Origin: Alphaproteobacteria bacterium
Lineage (GTDB): Bacteria; Pseudomonadota; Alphaproteobacteria; UBA6615
Assembly: GCA_028279245.1 (NCBI GenBank)
Contig: JANQOE010000128.1
Coordinates: 45,573 to 109,572, forward strand
Direction: 5' to 3'
DNA length: 64,000 bases
Both the position numbers and the translations under genes were made by a program. Under the pieces are notes generated by a model. That model saw only the letters and a program-made list of their open reading frames with translations, did no database searches and was not told where the DNA came from. Below are positions 56,198-64,000 of this stretch, piece after piece (the stretch's first letter is position 1; each line of letters begins with the position of its first letter).

Positions 56198-57750
56198 TGC
56201 GTATCCGCGCTCGCTATAGGCTGACGATTCTCGGCACGCTCGCGCTTGTCGGCCTTAGTTTCTTGGCCGTTACGCTTTTCGAGGGGCGGCTGTTCGTCGA
56301 GAACATTCGCCGCGGATCGGTGGCGGAGATGGAAGCGGCACTTCGCCGTCAGCTCAGTTCCAACGCCACCGCAACCACCGAGATCCTCGCGTCGATGCTG
56401 GGTAAGCCGCTGTACCGATTCGAGTTGGATGTGGTTAGCGACATCATCACGCCGATCCGTCGGGTACCGAATGTGGAGACCATTCTGGTCACGGATCCCC
56501 AGGGCGTAGTCGTTCATGATGCGACGGGCGACCTGGAGAGGTTCGGCGAAAGACCGGTCAATCAGCATCTGCGCGCCGTCCTTAACGACAGCACCGTTGG
56601 CGGTTCGAGTGGATTTGCCGAACACGAACTGTTCTACACAGCCCAACCGATCATCCTAGGCGGTGAATTGGTTGGGGCTGTCCTGATCAGTTTCCGCACG
56701 GATCAACTCGAGTCAGATTTCGCACAAATGGATGCAGCCCTCAGCCAGATCGTCGGCCATCATACGCGATCAGAGCTGACAAAAGTCGCGGCGCTTCTAG
56801 TAGGACTAGTCGTTCTGGCGGTCCTTATCGCCGAACATGTCTCACGTGGCATGACCCGGCCGATCCGGAAGCTTGCCGAGGTGACGCGGCGGATAGGCCG
56901 GGGCGAATTCGTCTCGGAGGTGCAACTCGCACGGCAGGACGAGATCGGCGAACTTGGGGCGGCCCTGGCACGGATGTCGGACGACCTGCGGCACGCCCAT
57001 GCGGACCTCGTCCAGGCGCGAGATAAGGCCGATCTTGCCAACCGTTCCAAATCGGAGTTCCTGGCAAATGTCAGCCATGAGTTGCGTACACCGCTGAACG
57101 CGATCATTGGTTTCGCCGAACTCCAGGCGACCGAGGCGCACGGGGGATTGGGCGATCCCAGATACCAGGAATACGCCGCGACCATCCTCGATAACGGACG
57201 CGAACTCCTTGCCATCATCGACCAGATCATGGAGTACACACGGCCCGACACCAGCCGGGCCGACTTCAAACCCGAACGGCTCGCAATTGACACGGTGGTG
57301 ACCCAGGCAATCGCGGCGGTAAACCCGCAGGCAGCCGCCGCCGACTTGGCGGTCCAGGCCAACGTCCAAGCCGGCATTCCCGACGCCTGGGCGGATGACA
57401 AATCGATTTTGAGAATGCTCAATTGTATTCTTCTGAACGCGATCAAGTTCACGCCCTCAGGTGGAAAAATACGGGTCGACGTATCCGCGACCGGCGGGAA
57501 CATTCAGTTGCGGGTCACCGACACCGGGATTGGCATGCTCCCCGGTGATATCGATCGCGCCCTGGAACCATTGACCCAATTGGATGGAACGCATACGCGA
57601 CAGCAGGGCGGGATCGGCCTAGGTCTGCCCCTCGCCAAGAAGCTCGCCGAAATCCAAGACGGTACACTGCAGATAGAGAGTGCAGTCGGCACCGGCACCA
57701 CTGTTACAATCACTTTGCCGGCCGCTGTTGCGGGACGAGCCGCCGCTTAG
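56194..57750 (+). CDS. HAMP sensor histidine kinase, PleC/DivJ-like H-box
   Basis: KSEFLANVSHELRTPLNAIIGFAE, NAIKFT and G.GLGLPL.K; GTGA overlap with the SBP gene. Confidence 0.9.
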   Translation: MMRIRARYRLTILGTLALVGLSFLAVTLFEGRLFVENIRRGSVAEMEAALRRQLSSNATATTEILASMLGKPLYRFELDVVSDIITPIRRVPNVETILVTDPQGVVVHDATGDLERFGERPVNQHLRAVLNDSTVGGSSGFAEHELFYTAQPIILGGELVGAVLISFRTDQLESDFAQMDAALSQIVGHHTRSELTKVAALLVGLVVLAVLIAEHVSRGMTRPIRKLAEVTRRIGRGEFVSEVQLARQDEIGELGAALARMSDDLRHAHADLVQARDKADLANRSKSEFLANVSHELRTPLNAIIGFAELQATEAHGGLGDPRYQEYAATILDNGRELLAIIDQIMEYTRPDTSRADFKPERLAIDTVVTQAIAAVNPQAAAADLAVQANVQAGIPDAWADDKSILRMLNCILLNAIKFTPSGGKIRVDVSATGGNIQLRVTDTGIGMLPGDIDRALEPLTQLDGTHTRQQGGIGLGLPLAKKLAEIQDGTLQIESAVGTGTTVTITLPAAVAGRAAA

Positions 57751-57764
57751 GCGCCGGCTTTAGC

Positions 57765-58121
57765 TCACTCGATCCCGTCGACCGAATAGCCATTCGCCGC
57801 CAGCCAGGCCCAACTTGGACCGGGCCACCGAACCTGCCCCAAGTCGACCCGGCCGCGCCGGTCGAATGTCACACCCTCATCGAGCAGCCGGCCGCGTTGT
57901 GCTGACTCACCACCTTCCTTTCGCGGGCTGATCTCACCGCGGCTGTTGATGACCCGATGCCAGGGAACGTCGTCGGGTGCAGCGGCCATGGCGTAGCCCG
58001 CCTGGCGCGCTGAGCACCCACACAAGCGGGCAAGCTGGCCATAGGTCGCGACACTACCGGCCGGGATGAGGCGAACCAATTCGTGGATCCGCGCGTACAG
58101 GGATGCGCTATCGGTCGCCAA
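57765..58121 (-). CDS. atl: Alkyltransferase-like protein (ATL/YbaZ)
   Basis: IP.G.VATYGQ.A, AR..GYAM and PWHRV (Trp in place of the MGMT Cys). Confidence 0.88.
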   Translation of the reverse strand: MATDSASLYARIHELVRLIPAGSVATYGQLARLCGCSARQAGYAMAAAPDDVPWHRVINSRGEISPRKEGGESAQRGRLLDEGVTFDRRGRVDLGQVRWPGPSWAWLAANGYSVDGIE

Positions 58122-59700
58122 CGTGGGTCAGGTCGGTCGCGAGAAGCAGGAAGGGGATCTCCGCCATGTCTCCGACGGGGGTGGAACCAGGTGCCAATGA
58201 TCTGACGAAACCAGCCTGGTGAAACGATTCAAGCCTTGCGGCGTCTCGTGAGAACACGTGGACCGGAACGGTCCAGTCGCCGTTTGGCCCTCCAACAATC
58301 GCCGGTGGCGGGTGATCGCCCATTGCTATGACGAGTGAGTCCTCTCGCGCCACCGATTCCAAGAAGCCGCCAACGATGTCCAAGTTGTAGGACACAGCCT
58401 CGGCATAGGGTGTCCGATAGTCGAACCAACCGTTCCTTGCCGCATTCGTCCGCACGGTCTGAGCAGCAAACGTGTCGCCCGTGCCGATGATGGACCAATC
58501 CTGGATGACGGGCGGCACCGGCGAAAACGGTATGTGGCTGACCACCGTGGGAAATATGACGAACAACGGCGCACGGCCGGGACGTTCCATCTCCGTCTGC
58601 GCGAACCAGGCGAGACTTGCCTGATCCGGGACGTGCCAAAAACCAAAGCCCGGTCCTCGATAGTCGATTGTCCTACGCGGATAGATCGCGTCAAAACCGA
58701 GGCTCTCGCCCTCCGGCCACGGGTCGATCAGACCGGGCATCAGCGCGGCCGTCCGATACCCCGCATCGGCAAACCGATCGATCAGAGTGATCGGCGGCTG
58801 TTCCAGAAAACCGTTGTACGCTCTCTGGTTCTCAATGGTTTGGCCACTGAGCACACTGGCATGGGCCAACCAAGAGGCACCGCCAAAAGTCGGTGATGCC
58901 AACAGGGCCGAAGCCACCGCCCACCCGGACTGTTCGAGTTGGTCGGACAGTCGCTGCAACGCGGGCGCCACGCGACCCGAGATGACGGGATCAGCAAATG
59001 CCGATCCCGCATAGGACTCAAAGAAGAAGATGAACACGTCCGACCCGGTGCCGCCCTGGAATTGCGGCAACGTACTCGACGTAGTCTTGCGGCTCTCGGT
59101 TGCGTTTATCCAAACCAGGCGCGCTTGCTCGGCGACCATCGACGACCCGGGACGAGCAAAGACGGGTACGCCGGCCGCGAACGCAAGAAGAACGGCTATC
59201 GCGACCCCTCCGATGCAGGTCCGCACCGCCCCATTCGCCATTGGTGCCGCCAAAGCCCCAATCACCCACCGGCTTCCAAGGAACAGTACAATCAGGAACG
59301 CAGCCGAACCCGCGGCAACGGCCACGAGCAATACCGGTGCACTGTCGGCCAGCATTACAGTGGCATTGGGCAGGTGGGCCAGGTCCCAGTACACGTCAAT
59401 TGGCTTCCCGAAGAGGCCTTCTGTAGTGACGTCGGAATAGTGGCCGATGAACAACACCACGAGCACTAAGGCGAGCAGGCTACGCCACAGCCCCCGAACG
59501 TCACCCCGGTGTGCCAATACGGCAATCGCCAACAGCAGAAACGCCAGATCCGACGAAAGCCTCGGCCGGAGGCTGATCCATGGCGTCGGCCAGGCATTTG
59601 CGTAGGTGAGCAGGCCGTTTACCAAGAAAAGGGCGACCGCAAACCCCAGCAGGGCGGGCGCGGTCAGCCCCCCTTTCCGCCGGTCCCGTCGCTTGCTCAT
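58108..59700 (-). CDS. Membrane sulfatase/alkaline-phosphatase-superfamily transferase
   Basis: 5 N-terminal TMs, FFESY, SPTFGGASWLAH, SH.PF and GDH.P. Confidence 0.8.
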   Translation of the reverse strand: MSKRRDRRKGGLTAPALLGFAVALFLVNGLLTYANAWPTPWISLRPRLSSDLAFLLLAIAVLAHRGDVRGLWRSLLALVLVVLFIGHYSDVTTEGLFGKPIDVYWDLAHLPNATVMLADSAPVLLVAVAAGSAAFLIVLFLGSRWVIGALAAPMANGAVRTCIGGVAIAVLLAFAAGVPVFARPGSSMVAEQARLVWINATESRKTTSSTLPQFQGGTGSDVFIFFFESYAGSAFADPVISGRVAPALQRLSDQLEQSGWAVASALLASPTFGGASWLAHASVLSGQTIENQRAYNGFLEQPPITLIDRFADAGYRTAALMPGLIDPWPEGESLGFDAIYPRRTIDYRGPGFGFWHVPDQASLAWFAQTEMERPGRAPLFVIFPTVVSHIPFSPVPPVIQDWSIIGTGDTFAAQTVRTNAARNGWFDYRTPYAEAVSYNLDIVGGFLESVAREDSLVIAMGDHPPPAIVGGPNGDWTVPVHVFSRDAARLESFHQAGFVRSLAPGSTPVGDMAEIPFLLLATDLTHVGDR

Positions 59701-59803
59701 CGGGCCGGCGTCGGCTCCTTGACACCCCAATTGCGCATACAGTACACCCGGTTGATAAGACCTTCCTCGCGGCAATCTGTATACCAGTAATCCGCAGCGC
59801 TGC

Positions 59804-59880
<77 letters not shown>

Positions 59881-60174
59881 CTTTCCAGTCATCATTGTGC
59901 CGGTACAGCATCTCGACGGTGTGTGCTGGCAACTGAACAAATCCCGGCAGTGGTCTAGTTCTTTGGTGGTCACTGTCCCGACAGTTGCTCGGCGTGAAAC
60001 GCGGGCAAAAGTACATTGACCCTGACTTCAGTTTTGCAATGCACAACTCACGGGCGCTTACGTCGAATCAACAACACATCAACTAACGCGCATAGTGCAA
60101 AAGGAATCGGTACGGCACTAAGGGAGATGTGGTGGACTATCTTTCGCAAAAACCCTCAGTTTCAGGCTTTCGCG

Positions 60175-60203
60175 TTGACAGGCTCGTTAGCACAATCTAT
60201 GTG
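60175..60203 (+). promoter_or_regulatory. Putative sigma70 promoter
   Basis: TTGACA-N17-TATGTG upstream of ORF 60248. Confidence 0.45.
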
Positions 60204-60247
60204 CAGAAACCGTTAGTCTTCAAAAAGAATCATGGGAACAATAACGA

Positions 60248-60619
60248 ATGGCAAAACTCTCGGGCTATACGGTTGCCGATCTTCGTGCGGGCAAAGCGGC
60301 ACCGACTGCGACGCCACAGTCGAAATTCGAGAAGGCTGTAGAGCGGCAGATCTCTATCGCGGAAGGTAAGGAAGAAAAGGGACTTCAGTGGTGGTTTGCC
60401 AAGAATGGCGAATACTGGACCACCCTTCGCTACGGACAGAACATTCTTGAGTTTGAGGATGAAAACGGCAACTCGGGTTCGGCGCTATTCATTGGCCGGC
60501 GGAAGAGTCAGATCATCCCGTTCTATCGGAAAGTTATCAAAGACGTGCATGGCGGCGTCTTCGACGACGTGATCGAAGCCGCGTACGAAGCAGCGAGTGC
60601 ACGCCGCAAGAAGAAGTAG
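60248..60619 (+). CDS. Small basic protein, DUF6641-like
   Basis: KF...V..Q, W.....G......RYG...LE and V..G.FD..I, with a basic tail; codon usage is less GC-biased. Confidence 0.65.
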   Translation: MAKLSGYTVADLRAGKAAPTATPQSKFEKAVERQISIAEGKEEKGLQWWFAKNGEYWTTLRYGQNILEFEDENGNSGSALFIGRRKSQIIPFYRKVIKDVHGGVFDDVIEAAYEAASARRKKK

Positions 60620-60644
60620 CCGCCGCTACCGGGGGTACCCAACG

Positions 60645-63002
60645 TTATTCGACGCTGGTTCCACGCTGCAGAGCCTGCCAAACACTCTGCGGTGTGGCTG
60701 GCATGTTGATGTGTACAACGCCGCGATCCGCTAGCGCATCGACGACGGCATTCATGATAGCGGGGAGTGCACCGGTAACACCCGCCTCGCCGCATCCCTT
60801 CACGCCAAGCGGATTCGTCCGAGCGGGCACCGGATGCGATACGAAGTCAAACGCGCCGACTTGATCGGCGCGGGGTAGCGCGTAATCCATCAGCGAACCG
60901 GACAAGAGCTGACCATCCGCGTCATAGACCGTGCGTTCGGTTAGCGCCTGGCCGAGCCCCTGCACCACACCGCCATGAACCTGGCCCTCGACCAGCGCCG
61001 GGTTGATCAGCACACCAAAATCATCGACCACAGAATAGCGGTCCAGCGTCACCTCACCAGTATCGGGATCGACCTCTACCTCGGCGACGTGGCAACCATT
61101 GGGAAAGCTCGACGGCGGCGTATCGTAAATGTCAGCCACGTCGAGGCTGGCGGGCAATCCCTTCGGCAGCTCACGCTGTTCCCTGAGCCACCCGCAGACG
61201 TCATCGAGACTCATCTGGCGATCAGTCCCCGCCACCGTGAAAACACCTGCTTCGAAGACAATGTCTTCCATCGCAGTTTCGAAGATATGTCCGGCGATCG
61301 CCCGGCCGCGCTCGACCACCTTCTCCACCGCGCCGACGATAGCCGTCCCGGTCGCCATGACCGATCGGGATCCGCCAGTCCCGCCGCCAATCAGCAGGCG
61401 GTCACTGTCGCCCTGCACCAGCCGTATCCGATTGAACGGCACGCCAAGCCGCTCAGCGACAATCTGCGCAAAGGTTGAGGCATGGCCCTGGCCATAGTCG
61501 AGCGTGCCGGTGACGAGCGTGATGGATCCATCTTCGCCGAACTCCAGACCGCCCATCTCCTTTCCTGGTGGAGCAGTCACTTCGAGATAGCAAGCGAGCC
61601 CGAAGCCGCGTAGCTTGCCGCGCGCCTCGCTGTCGGTGCGCCGCACCGCGAAGCCGTCGCGATCAGCTAGGTCGAGCGTTTTGTCGAGCAGGGCAGGGAA
61701 ATCGCCGGAGTCATAGGTGAGGCCGGACGCCGCTTCGAACGGAATTGCGGCGGGCGGTATCAGGTTCCGCCGGCGCAATTCGACCGGGTCGAAACCGTGT
61801 TCGGCGGCCGCGGCGTCAATCAGCCGCTCCATATAATAGTTGCCTTCGGGGCGCCCCGCGCCGCGATAAGCATGGGTCGGCACCGTGTTGGTCACCACGC
61901 ATTTCACGGCGACTTCGATCAATGGCGTGCGGTACATGCTGGGCATGTTCTTGACGATATTGACCGTCTGAATGGCCGGTCCGAAAGCCGACGGATAGGC
62001 GCCCAAATTCGCAAATCCTTCGACCCGGATGGCGAGAAAGGTACCGTCCGTATCGAGCGCTAGTTCCGCATAAACACTGCCATCTCGCCCTTGATAGTCG
62101 CTGACGAAACTCTCAGTTCTTTCGGCTGCCCATTTGATGGGGCGTCCGAGTTCCCGGACGGCGTGCAGTAGCGGCACATACTCAGGATAAGCCGGCGCCT
62201 TCATACCGAAGGAACCACCGACATCGTCGGCCAAGACACGGATCTTCTCGGGCGGAAGCTTCATCAGGCCAGCGATGCCGTTGTGCAATCCAAAGGTGCC
62301 CTGACACCCGGCACGAACTGTGAACTTCTCTTCTGGCGCGTCGTAGGACGCCACCGCCACCCGCGGTTCCAGCGACACGACGACCACCCGGTTGTTGATC
62401 AGGTGGAGCTTGGTGACGTGAGCCGCCGCGCCAAAGGCGCGTTCGACGGCAGCGGTGTCGCCGTGGTGCCAGTCGAGCGAAACGTTGTTCGGCATTTCGT
62501 CGAACAACTGGGGGCCTTCCGGTGCCGAAGCCTTGTCGATATCGGTGACGGCCGGCAACGGATCGATATCGACAACGATGAGGTCGGCAGCTTCTTTTGC
62601 CGCCGCGAGCGTCTCCGCAACCACGAAGGCCAAGCCTTCACCGACATGACGAACGCGGTCGGTCGCCAGCGCATAGCGTTCCGGCACAATAATAGGCGAC
62701 CCGTCACGGTTGGTGAGCTTGGCCGCGCAGGGTATCGAGCCATAGCCCGCCGCCCGGATATCCTGACCGGTATAGATCGCCAGCACCCCCGGGACTTCTA
62801 GTGCGGCCGAACAGTCCAACGCGCGAACGTCGCCGTGGGCGTAGCCGGACCGCACCATAAGCCCGTACGCACAGTCCGCCGGCTGGTCGTCATCGGCATA
62901 CCGGCCGCGGCCGGTCAGCAATCGCGGATCTTCCGTCCGCATGACGGACTGGCCAACGCCAAACTTTTCGGTCGGGTGTTTTGTCGGATCGAGCAAACCC
63001 AT
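60645..63002 (-). CDS. Xanthine dehydrogenase family molybdopterin subunit (form II CoxL-like)
   Basis: R.ED.RLLTG.G.Y, VGGSFG.K, AYRGAGRPE, GQGH, GQVHGG and KG.GE.G. Confidence 0.93.
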   Translation of the reverse strand: MGLLDPTKHPTEKFGVGQSVMRTEDPRLLTGRGRYADDDQPADCAYGLMVRSGYAHGDVRALDCSAALEVPGVLAIYTGQDIRAAGYGSIPCAAKLTNRDGSPIIVPERYALATDRVRHVGEGLAFVVAETLAAAKEAADLIVVDIDPLPAVTDIDKASAPEGPQLFDEMPNNVSLDWHHGDTAAVERAFGAAAHVTKLHLINNRVVVVSLEPRVAVASYDAPEEKFTVRAGCQGTFGLHNGIAGLMKLPPEKIRVLADDVGGSFGMKAPAYPEYVPLLHAVRELGRPIKWAAERTESFVSDYQGRDGSVYAELALDTDGTFLAIRVEGFANLGAYPSAFGPAIQTVNIVKNMPSMYRTPLIEVAVKCVVTNTVPTHAYRGAGRPEGNYYMERLIDAAAAEHGFDPVELRRRNLIPPAAIPFEAASGLTYDSGDFPALLDKTLDLADRDGFAVRRTDSEARGKLRGFGLACYLEVTAPPGKEMGGLEFGEDGSITLVTGTLDYGQGHASTFAQIVAERLGVPFNRIRLVQGDSDRLLIGGGTGGSRSVMATGTAIVGAVEKVVERGRAIAGHIFETAMEDIVFEAGVFTVAGTDRQMSLDDVCGWLREQRELPKGLPASLDVADIYDTPPSSFPNGCHVAEVEVDPDTGEVTLDRYSVVDDFGVLINPALVEGQVHGGVVQGLGQALTERTVYDADGQLLSGSLMDYALPRADQVGAFDFVSHPVPARTNPLGVKGCGEAGVTGALPAIMNAVVDALADRGVVHINMPATPQSVWQALQRGTSVE

Positions 63003-63037
63003 GAGTGTCCCTTGGTTTGGGTGAGGTCGTTCGGAGA

Positions 63038-63838
63038 CTACTGGCCGGCCCAGCCGCCATCGACGACAAAGGTCTGGCTGGTGCAGGCGCTACCGTCGTC
63101 GGCAATAAGAAACAGAATCATCCGGGTCACTTCGGGCGAATACAGTTTTCGTGGCAGACACTGGCCGGCCATTAACTCCTGTTCACCTTCCGGCGTGAGC
63201 CATAAGCGTTCTTGTTTCTCTGTCATGATCCACCCCGGCGTCACACAGTTCACCCGGATATTGTGCGGCCCAAGCTGTTTGGCCATGGTCCGGGTCAGGC
63301 CAAGCACGGCGGCTTTTGACGTTGCATAAGCCGGATAGTCCGGAACCTTCATCATCCAGCCAATCGAGCCCAGGTTCACGATGGAGCCACCACCAGCATC
63401 CTTCATCCCTGGGATGACCGCCTGAATAGCGAAAAACTGGTGGCGCAGATTTACCTGCATGCGCTCGTCCCAATACTCAGGCGTGACGTCTTCCGTCTTG
63501 TGCCGTTCGTCGCTGGCCGCGTTATTCACCAAGCCGGTGATCGTCCCGAACGCTGACTCGGTCTGTTTGATCGCGCTCCGCAGCGCTTCGATGTCACGCA
63601 GATCGCAAGGGATGAACAATGGCGCCGGAAAGCCTTGGGACTGGCAGCTCTCGACAATCCCGTCAGCAGCCTGCTGGTTCCGCCCGACAAAACCCACCTT
63701 TGCGCCCTGCGATGCGAACTGCACCACATAGTCTGCACCGATGCCCGAACTGCCCCCGGTAACGAAGACGACCTTGTCCTTCAGGCTGGGGTAGTTCGCG
63801 TAGTGGTCGAGCGCCGTGGTCGGCTGTGTCAAGCTCAC
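63038..63838 (-). CDS. SDR oxidoreductase, D-xylose/aldose 1-dehydrogenase-like
   Basis: YPSL....VFVTGG.SGIG, NNAA.D.RH, YATSK and PGWIMTEKQ..LW. Confidence 0.88.
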   Translation of the reverse strand: MSLTQPTTALDHYANYPSLKDKVVFVTGGSSGIGADYVVQFASQGAKVGFVGRNQQAADGIVESCQSQGFPAPLFIPCDLRDIEALRSAIKQTESAFGTITGLVNNAASDERHKTEDVTPEYWDERMQVNLRHQFFAIQAVIPGMKDAGGGSIVNLGSIGWMMKVPDYPAYATSKAAVLGLTRTMAKQLGPHNIRVNCVTPGWIMTEKQERLWLTPEGEQELMAGQCLPRKLYSPEVTRMILFLIADDGSACTSQTFVVDGGWAGQ

Positions 63839-63922
63839 TATGTTCCTCCGCTGCTAGGGGCGCGGGCACCATACAGCGCGCGCCGTGCCAGCGCGAACCA
63901 GGACGCAACGAGTAGGGACCGG

Positions 63923-64000
63923 CTATTGGGCCGCCAGAGCCTCCGCGGCTTCCTTCGCCGAAACCTGTGTGAAGCCAAAGGCTTCCATGCAGGCAACGTA
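63923..64000 (-). CDS. 3' end of an unidentified gene
   Basis: Open frame YVACMEAFGFTQVSAKEAAEALAAQ-stop running off the window edge. Confidence 0.45.
   Translation of the reverse strand, partial: YVACMEAFGFTQVSAKEAAEALAAQ

Noticed and set aside
57765-58121. Active O6-methylguanine methyltransferase (ogt)
   Set aside because: PWHR replaces the catalytic PCHR, so this is ATL.

Overview
GC-rich bacterial chromosomal segment, most likely from an alphaproteobacterium (Rhodospirillales-like). That assignment is inferred from CtrA boxes, a GAAC-N7-GAAC LexA box and PleC/DivJ-type kinases. About 65 genes are present. 1-11.6 kb is a surface-polysaccharide tailoring island: flippase, 2 SGNH proteins, GT4, JmjC and 2OG-Fe(II) oxygenases, 2 ATP-grasp ligases, an RraA aldolase and a dehydrogenase, bounded by a truncated SLC13 transporter. 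Then come a polyamine-type ABC transporter, alkC, a Pho-box-preceded ABC transporter plus glycerophosphodiesterase, three orphan histidine kinases, a GT/sulfotransferase/Sel1 cluster and a diguanylate cyclase. The end of the window holds a ligD-ku locus, atl, tRNA-Asp with a small islet, a coxL-like gene and an SDR. Best candidate for an undescribed system: ligD, then a perfect alphaproteobacterial SOS box, then ku, then a BRCT/HTH/TPR protein that carries a beta-clamp-like motif (QMQLDL) and apparently starts at a non-canonical ATC codon. This would be a possible SOS-controlled NHEJ adaptor. All family assignments come from motif recognition by eye; no database searches were run.
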